Below, one piece after another: positions 49,166 through 64,000 of a DNA stretch of 64,000 nt. Within the stretch, counting starts at the first letter, position 1. Each line of letters begins with the position of its first letter. Where the stretch lies: assembly GCF_009914755.1 (NCBI RefSeq), contig NC_060947.1; one strand, 5' to 3'. A program made the translations under genes and the position numbers. The stretch comes from the human T2T-CHM13v2.0 reference genome, Homo sapiens. Under the pieces are notes generated by a model. The model was given only the letters and a program-made list of their open reading frames with translations, ran no database searches and was not told the origin of the DNA.

Positions 49166-49860
49166 ATGAAGAACTCTAATTACTGCTCCAGTTGCACTGT
49201 ATACATTTTGATATGTGGTGTTTTCATAATCACTCAATTCAGATTTTTCTCTAATGTATCTTTTAATTTCTTGTTTGATACATGGGTTATTTGAAAGTAT
49301 GTTACTTAATTTCAAAATATTCATGTTTTCTACTGATGTTTTGTTGTGATTTGATTTCTAATTTAGTTAAATTTTGTTCAGCAAACAGAGTCTTCATGAT
49401 TGCAATCCTTTAAAATTAACCTAGTTTATGGTGAATTACATGGTCTATCTTGATGAATATTCCATGTTTCCTCGAAAAGAATGCATATTTTCTTTCATTG
49501 GGATTATTGTTCTATAAATAAAAATTAGTTTGAAGTGGGCGATTGTGTTGCTCAAGTCCTCTATATGTTTATGATTTTCTGTCTACTTGTTCTGTCAATT
49601 TCTGGGACAAGAATGTGGGAATTTTGAAATTTAATTGCAGATTTGTTTATGTCTCATCTTACTTAAATTATATTTTGTTTCACGTATTTTGAAACTCTTT
49701 TGTTAAATACACTTTTAGGATGCTTGTTTTATTGATGATTTATGGTTTTATCATTGTCAAATATTTCTCTTTCTTTATTTTCATGTGTATTGTCCTGAAA
49801 TCTACTTTCTCAGATATCAATATATCCACTCCAGATTTCTAACAATTAGGTTTGCTGATT
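49166..49860 (-). mobile_element. Old L1M ORF2 fragment hosting the L1PB
   Basis: Minus ORF 49103-49324 reads NNPCIKQEIKRYIREKSELSDYENTTYQNV, which is L1 ORF2-like. Confidence 0.7.
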
Positions 49861-50159
49861 CCTATCTCATGTCCAATGTCATTGTCTCTTTCCATTCTAA
49901 ACATGTCTAAATAACACATCTGGGGTAATCTTCATAGAACATCACCTTCACAGAGCCCTTACAATGCTCATAAATCTTCATTAGTTCTCTATTATTTAAA
50001 AGATATGAATTCCTTAGACTTCTATCCATAGATTTTCACCTTGCAGCCTCAACTTATCATTCAAAATAGTTTTCCAAATACTTCCTTATAAGAATCTTTG
50101 GCATCATACAAAATGTTCTAAAAAATCACAAGCCTCCAAATAAGTTATGCATTCTTACC

Positions 50160-50622
50160 TGTAGTAGATTGACTAAGTGGCTTTAATTTTTACCCACCCT
50201 GAATCCATGTCTTTAACGTGTAACTTTTGCAGTTCCTCACATTACATTCAGCGTATACTTGCCTACCACTTGACTTTGGACTTGGTCATATAACTTGCTT
50301 TGGCTAAGAGATGTTAGATGTGACTTAAGCAGACTTGACGTCAGCAGAGACTTCAAATGTTCTTGCAAGATTGAGAATTTCCTCTTGTGCTTCAACCAAT
50401 ACCATGACAATTTAATTTTCCTGCTGGTATAAGGAAGATGCAGCTTATGACCAAGGCAAGTAAAGCCAAACCAAGTCCAGTCGAGCTCAGCTAAAATCAG
50501 CCAACCCCCAGCTGACCCCTGGATCCTTGAGTGAGAATAAATTATTGTTGCTGTTTTAAGCCACTGAATTTTGGAGTGCTTTGTTACATATCGTATTTTT
50601 ATGTTAATAGTTAACTGATACA
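50160..50622 (+). mobile_element. MLT1 (H/I-like) LTR
   Basis: TG...ttttaagccactgaattttgg...aactgataCA; TSD ttacc / ttaca. Confidence 0.75.
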
Positions 50623-52419
50623 TTACATCCATACTATTGTTCAGTCTTCTTTTTATTTTCATCAATCATTTAGATATGTTTTAGATACCTACTCATTATA
50701 CAAGGCTCAGTCTGATGTGTCTTACTTTAGAAACTTTTTCTATTATAGTCTCGCCTCAAAGAATTTTCCCTTCTTAATAATTATTACACAATGTATATGT
50801 ATATAAAATCATCACATTTTACACCTTGGAGAAATTTAGTCTTTACAATGAATCAGATTAGACTGAGAGAAGTGTAGAGAGACTACTCTATGGATCTAAC
50901 ACAGGGGTTAAATTTGTCTGCTCCTTATACCTTCTCCAGCCTCATTTCCTATAATTAATTATAATTAGTATTCCCCTTTTGGGACAAAATAATTGTCCCT
51001 GATGACAAGTTACAGTGTGTTTTTCTAGTGCGTCTTTGAAACAAATAGATTGCTGGCTCTCAGATCGACATTTCTGTCCTAAACTTCAGTTCTGACCTAG
51101 GACAGGATCTGGGTGTGTAAAGAGAAGACTCCTATTCACTTAGTACTATTTCCATGTTAGGAAATCTGTGGAAAACCAGGTTTATTATATCTTATTTCCA
51201 AACTGTCCACATACCTAAAAATTGTTCTCATATTTCAATTTATCAATAAATATATATTTAACATAGCACTTTATGTCCTTAAAACAGGCTTAAACAAATG
51301 TAATACAATAACTTTTTATTTCAGTACTTCACTAAGAATGCTTATTTACATTTTTTTAGAAAATGCAATTTCATTTACTAATAATTAATGTTTATTCCCA
51401 AGGCCAATTATCCAAAGATTGTAATACCCTTCTTTCTAGTTTTATAAGGTGTATCACTTCATGGTGATAAAATATTTGTATGGATATTATAATATATTTC
51501 TTTATCCTCATTGTACTAGAACTATGTCTCAACCATTCCTAGTAATTGATTTCTATATATTCAGTTTCACTGAACACTCCATATTTGTAAAAAGAAGTTT
51601 AGTTAGCATTTTTCTACAATTTATGCCTTGTACACAAAATTTATAGTATCTTAGAACTTCCATGGAGACTTTGTGAAGTGCAATCTCACCTAATGGAAAA
51701 TTACTTCAATATAAATTTATACTGCTGGGAAAAGGAGATGTATAAGGTTGGAAATGGCAATAAATAAGTTTCTTCCTCTTTAAATTCTTTCTGAATTTCA
51801 ATTTATTGGAAATGTGAAATAAGTAGAACAACAGTGGCAGAAATCATTGGTTTCTAAAAATTCTAATATGAATTCACCCTTCCTGACAAAGAAATTTGCG
51901 TAAGGAAACAGTGACAATTCTGTGAAAGAAGGGTATAGAAAGTAACTAAACAGAAAACAAAAATCAACAGAGTGTACAGGTGAGGAAATATATTACTTTT
52001 GGTGTTGATAACCTTTGAAGCCCAGTTTAATTTATTCAGGTTCTCCATATCTTTGCACTAGATACAAGAGCCAGTAGAGCTATTTCTGATGTTACTCATG
52101 GAGCACTACAGAGACATACAGACTAATATAATTACATTTCATTCTTTCAATAGGAAATACAAATATGTAGGGAGAATTTTTCAATTTTCCATCCATTATA
52201 ACAGTTATATTTTCTGTATTTATATTATTTTTTTTACAGGATAATCATTTATTAATTCATTTATCATTTTATTTAGGAATCTAATACAGTGTTTGATTTA
52301 GCAGTGAAGAACAGCATGCCTAAATAAATGATATTTAGAAGAAACTGTCATAAAAAAGCATAAATAACTAATAATACAATCCATCAACTAATAATACATA
52401 GGAAACCAGGAAAACACAT

Positions 52420-52580
52420 AAGATACTATCTCACAACAGTCAGAATGGCTATTACTAAAAAATCAAAAAATTACTGATGCTGACAAGACTGCAGAGAAAA
52501 AAGAACACTTATACACTGCTGGCAAGTGTCAATTAGTTCAACCATTGTGAACAACAGTGTGGCGAGCCCTCAAATAACTA
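52420..52580 (+). mobile_element. L1 ORF2 3' fragment
   Basis: agatactatctcacaacagtcagaatggctattact...ttagttcaaccattgtg. Confidence 0.7.
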
Positions 52581-52889
52581 TATTCTGTTTTGTTTCTCAA
52601 AAATATTTGGGCCAAATTTAGCACACTTAAATTACATTAAATACACACAATTGAAATATGAGTATTCCATAGTTTCATTGTTTAGTTTATATTGCTAAAA
52701 AATTGAGGCAAAAACTATAAGCAAACTATTCCTGCAGCATTTCATTTCTAGAAGTTGGTAATGATAATGTGTAATATGATGACTTAAAATTCAAATCTAA
52801 TAAAATTCATTGTCATTTATATATATAAAAAGGGATCATGATTAGCATCTAATATATGCATATACCCAAAAAAACCCATGGAGTATTGG

Positions 52890-53266
52890 TTATACGGTTT
52901 GGCTGTGTCCCTACTCAAAATCTCATTTTGAAGTGTGATCCCCATAATCCCCACAAGTCAAGGGCGGGACAAGGTGGAGGTAATTGGATTATGGAGGCAG
53001 TTTTCCCCATGCTGTTCTCATGATAGAGAGTGAGTCTCAGAAGATCTAATGGTTTTACGAGAGTCTGGCATTTCCCCTACTTTCACTCACTCCATTCTGC
53101 CACCTGGTGAAGAAGGTGCCTGCTTCTCCTTTGCCTTCCACCATGATTGTAAGTTTCTTGAGGCCTCCCCAGTAATACAGAACTGTGAGTCAATTAAATC
53201 TATTTTCTTTGTAAATTACCCAGTCTCAGGCAGTTCTTTATAGCAGCATGAGAATGGATTAATACA
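52890..53266 (+). mobile_element. THE1 (C/D-like) solo LTR
   Basis: ggtttggctgtgtccc...gagaatggattaataCA; perfect TSD ATTGG (52885-52889 / 53267-53271). Confidence 0.9.
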
Positions 53267-53272
53267 ATTGGG

Positions 53273-53760
53273 CACTATGGTTTGAATATTTGTATCCTCC
53301 AAAACTCATGTTGAAATGTAATCCCCACTATGACAATATTGAGAGGTAGGGCCTGAAAGAGGTAATTGGTTCATGAATGTTCTGTCCTAATGAACATATT
53401 AATTCATTCAAAAATTAATGGGTTAATGGATTACTGGGTTTTCATTGAAGCGGGGGCGCTAGTGGCTTTAAAAGAAGAAGAAGAAAGACTTGAGCAAGTA
53501 TGCATTCACAGCCCCCTTACCATGATATTATGCACTGCTGTGGGACTCACTTTGTTTGTTTCTTTCTTTCTGTGAACTTGCGTAGAGAAGTAATGCCTTA
53601 GAACTTTTATGAGAATCTCCACTAGCAAGAAAACTCTCACCAGATGCAACTCCTTAACCTTGGACTTCTCCACCTCCATAACTACAATAAAAAATTATCT
53701 TTTCTATATAAATTTCTCACTTTTGGTATTCTGTTATACACAACATAAAGTACTAAGACA
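53273..53760 (+). mobile_element. MST (C/D-like) solo LTR
   Basis: ctatggtttgaat...aaaactcatgttgaaat...actaagaCA; TSD TTGGG (53268-53272 / 53761-53765). Confidence 0.85.
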
Positions 53761-55292
53761 TTGGGATAGGTCACCAAGGGCCTTATTATCCTATTGGCAT
53801 AAGGCTTCTGCAGCCTTTTGGAGAGGTGGTAAAATAATGTATTGTTGAGCAGTAAGATAGAATAGACACTTCAAAAGACCTCTCTCTATAAAACTGAGGA
53901 AAATTTCATAAAATACACATTTTAGTGCATTTCTAGACTAGCAAAGAAAAAAGAAACCTCTAAGCACGACCACCATCACCAAAAATGACAAAGTACTGAG
54001 TTTGAAATGAAACCAGAAAAGCGAGTTCTGAGCAGCCATTGAAAGAAAAAAAAATGTAGTTACTCTAGAAACAACTGCCAAATTCAGCATTCCAGCCCAT
54101 GGATTAAAACATGAAAAAGTCTCAAAGAAGGGAGATAAACCTGAGACCATTTTATCAAGGATATTGAGACAGCTGCATTCAAAACATGTCCTACGTAGGT
54201 CTTTATATTACCACAGTCAAAAATCAGAGATATAAATTTACTGAACAGTGAAGCAAATGAATTGACAGAAGTGAGACTCTGCAGGCAATAAACAACAACA
54301 GCAAGGGATTTATATACCTAATACTTAAATTGGAATTATGAAAAACAGACTGTAAATTATTCATTAAATGTTAAACAAAATAAAATATGGACTTTGAAAA
54401 AGGAACAAGCAATACAAGTCTGTGAAAAATACAGTGGTATTTTAAAAACAGCCAAATAAAAAGGTTAGAAAAGTGTGTATATACACATAAGCACCCATAT
54501 GTATTTGTTGAAATTTTGAACTCAATAGGTTCTTCTACTTCTGGTACTATGTAAAAAGTTGAGAAATTATTGCTTTCAAAAAACAATGAGAAAAATCCAA
54601 ATAAGCTACAAAATGAAAGTTTTACTTTTTCAACCCATCAGATTGCTGAGGACACAAAGAGATCTAAAAAAAATCCAGGAAGTGCGGGGGCCTATATATA
54701 TGGTCAGGTATGCCATATTCATTGATTGGAAGATGCAATGTTTTTTATGATACCAATTATTTCCATATTGAACAATTTATATGATACAACTGCATTCAAT
54801 GTTTTATATTTCATTCTTTTAAATCATCAAGCTGATTCTAAAATTTGATACAAGAAGCAACAAAGCAAAAGCAGTTTTGAAAAGGAAGAACAAAGTTAGA
54901 ATACTTGGAATAACTAATTACATAAATTACTAAATAACTATTTTAACCAACATAATGTGGCATTAGCTTAAGGAGAGACATATATATCCACGAAACAGAT
55001 GAAAGATGCTGAAATAAATCTATTTTTAAATATTAATAGAGTTTATTTTTAGAGCAGTTTTAGGTTTACAGAAAAATTTAGTGTAAAAATATAGAGTTCC
55101 CACATACTCACTTGCTTCCTGCACACAGTTTCCTGTTATTTACATGTTGCATTAGTGTAATATATTTATTACAATTCATGAGTCAATATTGACACAATAT
55201 TATTAACTAAAGTCTCTACCTTAGATTTCACTCTAGGTTGACATTTTGCTTTGACAAATGTATTATGACATGTATTATGACATATTTCAAAA

Positions 55293-56200
<908 letters not shown>

Positions 56201-56411
56201 TGTATTCACCATTATGGTATTATACAGAATAGTTTTAATGTCCTAAACCTATTAATTTCTCACTCTGTCCTCTTCCTAAACCCTGGCATTTGTTTTTGTT
56301 TTTCTTTTTGTCTCTCTATCTTTGTCTTTTATTGAATGTCATAGAGTAGAAATATATGTAGCCTTTTCAGATTGGCTGTTTTTTGCTTAGCATTTATTAA
56401 AAAAATCAATT

Positions 56412-56757
<346 letters not shown>

Positions 56758-57080
56758 TCAATAACTAGTCCTGGATAACAGATTATTCATATTTTTAAGA
56801 ATATAACTCAATCCTTACCTCACACCATACAGAAAAAGCCAAATTGAAATGATTCATAGATCTAAACTAAGTGTTAACATTCTAAGATTTCTAAAAGAAA
56901 ACAAAAAATATTTATGACAAAAGATATGTAAAGATTTTGTAGACTGGACACATAAACATAAACCATAAATGAAAAAAAGATGTACTCTAGAAAATTAGAA
57001 GTGTCTTTTCTTAGAAAAGTACCAATTTAAAATGAAAAGAGAAGCCATAGATTGGGGGAAAAGTTTTTGCAATACATATG

Positions 57081-57686
57081 TGTAATAGGTAGAATTCTAA
57101 GGTGTCTCCCCCAAGATTTCTGCTCTGTGGTGTACACACTTTGTATTATCTCTTTCCCTTAAGTGTGGGAAAGACAAGCAAATAGGATACGATATTATTC
57201 CTTTGATTAGATTACTAATCAGTGAATTTTGAGTTAAACAAAAGGGAGACTATACTGGGTGGGTCTAGCCTAACAAGAAACAAAAAGCAGCACCAAATAT
57301 GCTACTCCTGGCCTCAAAGAAAACAACCATATATGTTTACAACTGCCTATGAATGCCATACAGCAAGGAAATATGGGTGGTCTCTAGGCACAGAGAGTAT
57401 TCCTCAGCAAATGGTTAGCAGGAAAACAGGGACTTCAGTCATATAGCCACAAGGAAATGAGTTATACCAATAATCAATGAGCTTGGAAGAGAACACTCAG
57501 CCTCAGACGCAAATCACAGTGCCATTATATAATCTTCATTATAGCGTGATCAGTGGATTTATTTTAAAGCCATCCACAGATTCCTGGCCCATTGTAGAAG
57601 AGTAAGTCTGTGTTGTAAGATAATGAATTTGTATTAAGTTGCTAGCTTTGTGATACATCATTATGCAGGAATAGAAAATGAATACA
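57081..57686 (+). mobile_element. MLT1 (E/F-like) LTR
   Basis: TGtaataggtagaattctaagg...aatagaaaatgaataCA; TSD atatg / atatt. Confidence 0.75.
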
Positions 57687-57828
57687 ATATTTTTGACAAA
57701 AGACTTAGAAATTATAAACAATTTCTACAATTCAACCATATAAACTCAAACAATCAAAGATCTGGATGAAATATTTGAACAGACACTTGACCAAAAATGA
57801 TAATATTAATGGTGAGCACAATAAAATA

Positions 57829-58339
57829 TGTTTACAATAATTTTCTGTTGCTGCTATATCAAATTACCAAGAATCTAGTGGTTTAAAGCAACAACATTTA
57901 TCATCTTACAGTTCTTTAGGATAGAAATTACATGGCTCTACCTGGGCTAAAATTAAATTGTCTGCAGGAGTGCATTTCTTTCTGGAGACTCTAGAAAAGG
58001 GTCATTTATTGTTCTTTTTTCAGGTTCTAAAGAACTCCCACATTCCTTGGATCATGACCCCCTTCATCCATCTTCAAGGCTAGCACCTTTGCCTCTCTCT
58101 GATCATTCTTCCATAGCCACATCTCCCTTGACCCTTGGCTTATCTGCGAAAGATTTGACATTCTTAAAGACTCATGAGATTAGGTTTGATCCACATAGCT
58201 AATCCAGGATAAACTCATCTGAAAGTCCTTAAAGCGTAATCACATTTCTACAGTCCCTTTTGCTATGTAAGGTAACATTCATAGGTTCTAGGTATTAAAA
58301 TGTGGACATCTTTGGAAGATCATTATTCTGCCTATCACA
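57829..58339 (-). mobile_element. MLT1 (D-like) LTR
   Basis: ttgctgctatatcaaattacc...ctttgctatgtaaggtaac...attctgcctatcaCA. Confidence 0.75.
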
Positions 58340-59813
58340 ATGCTCAACATTATTAGTTATCAAAAAATAAATTAAAATAAAAATGAGATGACACTATGTA
58401 CCCACTAGAAGAGCTAAAATTGTAAATACAGTACTGCACCGTACGTTAACAAGGATATATAGGAACTGGGCCTTACAATAATGCTGGGGAGAACAGAAAA
58501 TAATACAACTACTTTGAAAAATGGTTTACTGACTTCTTAGTTCAAATATACACTTACCAATGACCCAGAAATGTTATTCTTACATGCTTACCCAAGGTAT
58601 ATAGAACATATGTCCACAATGGACTTGTTCACAAATGGCAATAGTAGTTTTATTGATAATAAGTAAAAGCTAGAAACTACCTAAACATCCATCAATAAAA
58701 GAATACATAAACAAATTGTGAGGTGTCCACACAAAGGAACACTACACAGTAATAAAAGTCAGCAAACCTCTGATATGCACAACAACATGTATGAAACTCA
58801 GGATCACTATGGACTAGTCACAAAAGAGAATATGCCATGAGATTTCATTTATATTAAACTCCAGGAAATATGACTGTAATCCAATGATAGAAAACAAATC
58901 AATGTTGCCTACGTCCTGGGAGAGGGAGCAGGGATATGCTGGGAAGGGTCATATGGGCAACTTTTGAGATGATTAAAAAATATATCTTGATTACAGTCAT
59001 ACATTACATGGTCGTATACATATGTTAAAATCACCAAACCATAAACTAAATATGTGCATTTTATAACATAAAATTATACTTTATTATAGTTTATTTTTAT
59101 AAAATGAAAAAGTAAAGGCATTTTCAGACAGATGAAATATGAGACAATTTGTCTCCAGCTGATCTTCCCTATAGGAAATTCTAAGAGATTTGTCAGGCTA
59201 AAGCTACCAGATGGAAACATATGGAATTCCAGATCTTCAAGAAGAAATGTGGAAAGATTAACTATCTGGATAAATGCAAAATACTTTTGAAAAAGTACAT
59301 GTTTATCTATGTATATCTGAATATCAGTAATATATTGCTATATACCAAACTCTTATACTAAAAAGGCAGCAGGAGAATATTTCTTTCTGCTCAGCTAAGA
59401 TAGTCTTATATAGCATAATCACGGGAGTGACTGCCACATCAGCTATGCTATATGCTATTGGCTAGAAGCAAGTAAGGTTTGACCATACTTCATGGGAAGG
59501 GATTATAAAAGGCATAAATCATTGGTGGGGAGAGTCACCTTAGGAAGTTCTCATAAAAGGCTACCCTCTGATTCCCCAGTGATCTATGTCTCTTTTATAT
59601 GCAATATATACTCATCCCACCCCAATACCACCCAAATCTCATATTCCATTATAGCATCAGCTCAAATTTCAAAATCTCATCAACTATATATGGACCAGGT
59701 GCAAGTGACACTTATAGATTTAATCAATTTTTCTTGTGAGGCAAAATATTTCTTTGTATTGTGGATTTGTGAAAGTAAAGAGACAAGTTATCTGCATAGT
59801 ACACACAGTGTAC

Positions 59814-60243
59814 TATGATGGTTAATTTTAGGTACTGACTTGACTGGGTCACGTGGTAATCAGGAATTTGGTTAAATATTATTTCTGGGTGTGTTTGTGA
59901 GGGTGTTTCTGGATGAGATTAACATTTGAATCAGTAGACTGAGTAAAGCAGATTACCCTCCCGGTGTGAGTGGGCTCTATCCAATCCATTGAAGGCCTGG
60001 ATAGAAAAAAATATGAGTAAAAAAGAATTCTTTCTCTCTGCCTGATTGACTTTAAACTGGGGCATTGGTCTTATCTTACCTTCAGACTCAAACTGAGACT
60101 GGAAGTTACACAATCTATTCTCCTGGTTCTCAGGCCTTTGGACTCAAACAACTCCATCAACTCTCCTGGATCTCTAGTTTGCCAGCTGCATATCTTGAAT
60201 TTCTCAGCCTCCATAATCACATGAGCCAACCCAGACTAATACA
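59814..60243 (+). mobile_element. MLT2 (ERVL) LTR, within degraded MaLR-internal-like sequence
   Basis: gatggttaatttta...gagattaacatttgaatcagtagactgagtaaagcagattaccctc...gactaataCA. Confidence 0.8.
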
Positions 60244-60886
60244 ACACTCAACATACTATAGTACGATAGATACAAGATAATAGCTATAGACATCTCAGTT
60301 TGAATGAGGGAGAAAATGAAAGGTGAAATTAAGTCACTGGTTCATGGAAGTTATGAAATCTAGACAGGCAAACTCTAACCAAAGCTCCTTGATTGGGTTT
60401 CAATGATAAGGAATAATCTTTGGAACATTTAGCTGTGCCCTATGAGTTTTTTTGTTTCTGCCCTTCAAATCATTCTTCCTTTTTCACGGAAAGTAGCTTG
60501 TGTTTGCAGCTCAGTCTGCTTCCTGCCAGTAGAATTTTGGAAATCCAAGAAACATGTTTTGTTTTCAGTTCTGTGTCTTTTTTTTAGTCCAAGCTGACAG
60601 CATTTCTGCTAAAATACATTTCTTAAGAAGCTAGTGAGCCTTCATGTATTTAATAGGGATTCATTTCAGTAGACAAAAGACAAACCCACTGACCTTTTCA
60701 AGATAACTGCTTCTCTAATTCTTTCTGGCTCCTGCTAAGTTGGATGAGGGAAAATGCCCTTACAGTTCCAAGTAATTTTCTGATTTGGTTAAGAGATCAG
60801 TGAGGTAAAAAATCTTTTCAAATAAACTTTTGTGAGACTGATACTGTAATGTTTTTATCTTTCTGAGGTTTCAGGAAAGGGTTGTA

Positions 60887-61410
60887 TGCCGAGACCAGCT
60901 CGGTAGTGGAGACCCTAACCCCCACGACCCTAACCCAGCAGCGCTAGAGGAATTAAAGACACACACACAGAAATACAGCGTGTGGAGTGGGAAATCAGGG
61001 GTCTCACAACCTTCAGAGCTGAGAGCCTCTAACAGAGGTTTACCCACATCTTTATTGACAGAAAGCCAGTGATAAACATTGTTTCTATAGATTATAGATT
61101 AACTAAAAGTATTCCTTACAGGGAAACAAAGGGATGGGCCGAAATAAAGAGATGGGTCTGGCTAGATATTTGCAGCAGGAACATGTCTTAAGGGCCAGAT
61201 TGCTCATGCTAGTGTTTGTGGTTTGAGAATGCCTTAAGCGATTTTCCGCCCTGGGTGGGCCAGGTGTTCCTTGCCCACATTCCGGCAAACCCACAACCTT
61301 CAGCGTGGGCATCAGGGCCATCACAAACATGTCACAGTGCTGCAGAGATTTTGTTTATGGCCAGTTTTGGGGCCAGTTTATGACCAGATTTTGGGGGCCT
61401 GTTCCCAATA
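60887..61410 (-). mobile_element. MER9 solo LTR (HERV-K9/HML-3)
   Basis: tgccgagaccagctcgg...gggcctgttcccaata; perfect 6-bp TSD GTTGTA (60881-60886 / 61411-61416). Confidence 0.9.
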
Positions 61411-62799
61411 GTTGTAGAGTCACCCACAGCCTTTTCTCTAGAACACAGTTTTCTAACAGTGAATCTCCTAATTCAGTTTCTTTGGGCAACTTGATAAGCT
61501 GAAAATTTCCAAAATTATCAAGTCTTGCTTGCTTTTCATATAACACTGCTTTCTTCAATTTATATCTTTCCTCTCACATTTTACTAATAAGCGACAAAAC
61601 TATGCCATGCATTCAACACTTTGTTTGGAGATCTCATCTAAATATCTAAGGTGATCATTTAAATTTTATTCCACATAACCGAAAGTCACATTTCTGCTAA
61701 GTTCACCAACACTATAAAACAATGGTCCTTCTTCCTCCAATTTCCATGAATATATCCTTCCCTACTTTTTGAGCTCTCACCCCTAGCGTCCTCCAAGTCC
61801 AAGTTTCTAACTATTAAGAGTGATTTAATTTTGCTGTGTCATGCCCTTAATAAATCTTCCAGATTCTGCCCATTGCTTTTCTCATAAGCAGCACTGCAAT
61901 AAAGATAACAAAATTTGTATTAGCTATCTATTGCTACTTAAATTCTGTATTATTCAGGTTACCAGAGAAGCTGAACTGGTAGATTATGTATGCATTTATA
62001 TGTATTTCTTACAAGGGATCTTCTTCAATTGAGGGAATTGACTAAGCGTGTCTGAAGTCCATTGAACAAGCAGTCAAGAAGGGAAGATCAAACTCAGGAT
62101 GAAATTCCATAGGCATGGGTTGAAGTTTTTGGTCCATAGATGGCAGTTGGAAAGAAAGTTCTAGAGTAAGGGAGAAATTCTAGACTCAGTGTCTAAAATC
62201 TCACTCATACAGGAGATCTATGAAAACCTTTAAATATTTCAGACTGATTAAGTAAATTCTACCCTGGATAATCTCTCTCTTGATGAATTTAAAGTCAATA
62301 GATTAAAGTCAAAATATTAAGAATATTAATCACCCTACAAAAAATTTGTGATTGAAAAATCCATACCTAGCAACAGCTAGATTAATGTTTGATGGAAGAA
62401 CTGAAGTTATGTGTTTGCTAAGAAACAGCCATTGCCTTCCCTTAGTTCTCCAAATCTCCTAAAGAAAAATCCCTTGTCATCTTCCCGAAACAAAATCAAA
62501 CTAGAATGGAAATTATTGAAATTGTAGTTCAGCTTAGCCAAGCTGATACATCAAAAAGTCAGAAAAGCTACTTAACCCTTGGCCTCTGAAGATATGCCAT
62601 GTCTTTTTTGCTGCAATTTATTGGTCAAGTAAGTGTCAGGACCAGATTATATTAAAATGGAGCTATACTAGGCTTTATATCATGATGAAAGTTGTGAAAA
62701 TGTATCAGTAGCCATTTTTAATTTGCCGTATTCTGCTCTTTGATTATAAATTATTTATATCCCACCACATCCAATGTATACTCACCACTCCCAAACTCC

Positions 62800-63050
62800 C
62801 TTCCCTCAAATACACACTGTATTATTCTATTTATGTAAAATATAAGAATAGATGAGACTAATCTATGATAATGCTTCTCAGGGAGAACTTGACTGGAAAG
62901 ATGTGTAAAGAAACTTCCTGAGGTATGGGAATGTTTTATAACTGACCTTGAGAGGGGGTTACACAAATATAAACAATTGTCAAAATTTATCTGAATAAAC
63001 AAATAAACCTTTATAGATTTTATTTTAGGTAAATTTTATCTCAATAACAT
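62800..63050 (+). mobile_element. Old L1ME 3' fragment
   Basis: attattctatttatgtaaaa...ggtaaattttatctcaataa. Confidence 0.55.
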
Positions 63051-63738
63051 GCTTTTTAATATATCAAATTCTAAGGAACTAACGAAAGTTGGATTAAACA
63101 CAGTTGAATAGAAATTTGTAAACCTAAAGATAGATCTGAATAAATAGTCAGAATGTAGTACAGAAAGTCAAAGAATTGGAAAATATGAGAGGATAATACA
63201 AGTGGAAGATAGAATGAAAAGGTCTAAAATATATCTAATCAGAGTCTCAAAATGAGAAAACTGAGAGGATGAATGAGAACCAATCTATAAAAATACTACG
63301 GTTGAGGATTTTTCAGAAATTATGAGAGAGATGAACAACCTAAATTTCAAAAGAACAAGGATTTTTGTCTATTAATTTATTACATTACTGTCAGTATGTA
63401 GAACCCTTCCAGGCATAAATTAGATGTGTAATAAATATTAATAAATATTTGCAGAATAAATGACTAAAGCCTCAGAAATAAGAGGAAATGTAAACACACA
63501 AAAAAAATAAATTCACTTATAAGCTCATTGTAGTAAAGCTATTGAAGTTCTAAGATAAAGATAAGATTTTGAAAGTAGCTACAATAAAAAGATAAATAAA
63601 ATACAATTATACTATATTCCTATAAAAATCTACAGAAAGATTTCAAAAATACTAAAATATAGCCTGCAGAATGTTCTTCTTTGGTTAACACTATCTAAGA
63701 GAAGGTAGCTTGGTTTTATCAATATTAAATTTTTTGGA

Positions 63739-63744
<6 letters not shown>

Positions 63745-63789
<45 letters not shown>
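63745..63789. repeat. (AT)n microsatellite, about 22 units
   Basis: Perfect run. Confidence 0.95.
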
Positions 63790-63792
<3 letters not shown>

Positions 63793-64000
63793 GAGGTTGT
63801 TTTTAGAACTAAGAGAGACAATATTTAGCAACTGTTGCTAAAAACTATATTAATTGGTTGGTAAAAGAGAAATAATATCTAAAGCATTTTACGTCTTAAG
63901 AAGAAAGATTTTTACACATAAATAGAGATTTCACTGTTTTAAATTTAGGTTTTGAGATTGATTTGTAACAAACTGTAAAATTTCTGATTTTAAAGAATGG

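Noticed and set aside
60911-60937. Telomere-like CCCTAACCC
   Set aside because: Only two separated copies, inside the MER9 LTR; not an interstitial telomere.

Overview
AT-rich, repeat-dense mammalian DNA, almost certainly human or great ape, since it carries AluY/AluYe5, HERV-H/LTR7 and an SVA-family VNTR element. I found no cellular protein-coding exon, RNA gene or prokaryotic system. The listed ORFs are mostly retroelement remnants or chance frames. The window is a layered stack of transposable elements. The central structure is a two-LTR MER61-type provirus on the minus strand (4060-16618) with a tRNA-Arg PBS and integrase and env-TM remnants. It hosts a rare SVA2-like VNTR retroposon (7723-8414), an AluS, and an oppositely oriented two-LTR HERV-H provirus (10664-15583, TSD CCTAC, perfect tRNA-His PBS). 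Further right lie a TSD-bounded old L1MA-type element containing a complete THE1D, a 5'-inverted L1PB1, a probable hAT transposase remnant, a full-length L1PB2-type element with a nested L1PA, many solo LTRs (MER50, MER4, MLT1, MST, THE1, MLT2, MER9), MITEs (MER53, MER47) and microsatellites. Subfamily names come from recalled consensus features, not from a database search. I do not see convincing evidence of a new biological system. The best leads are the SVA2 copy, the HERV-H promoter and the hAT remnant.
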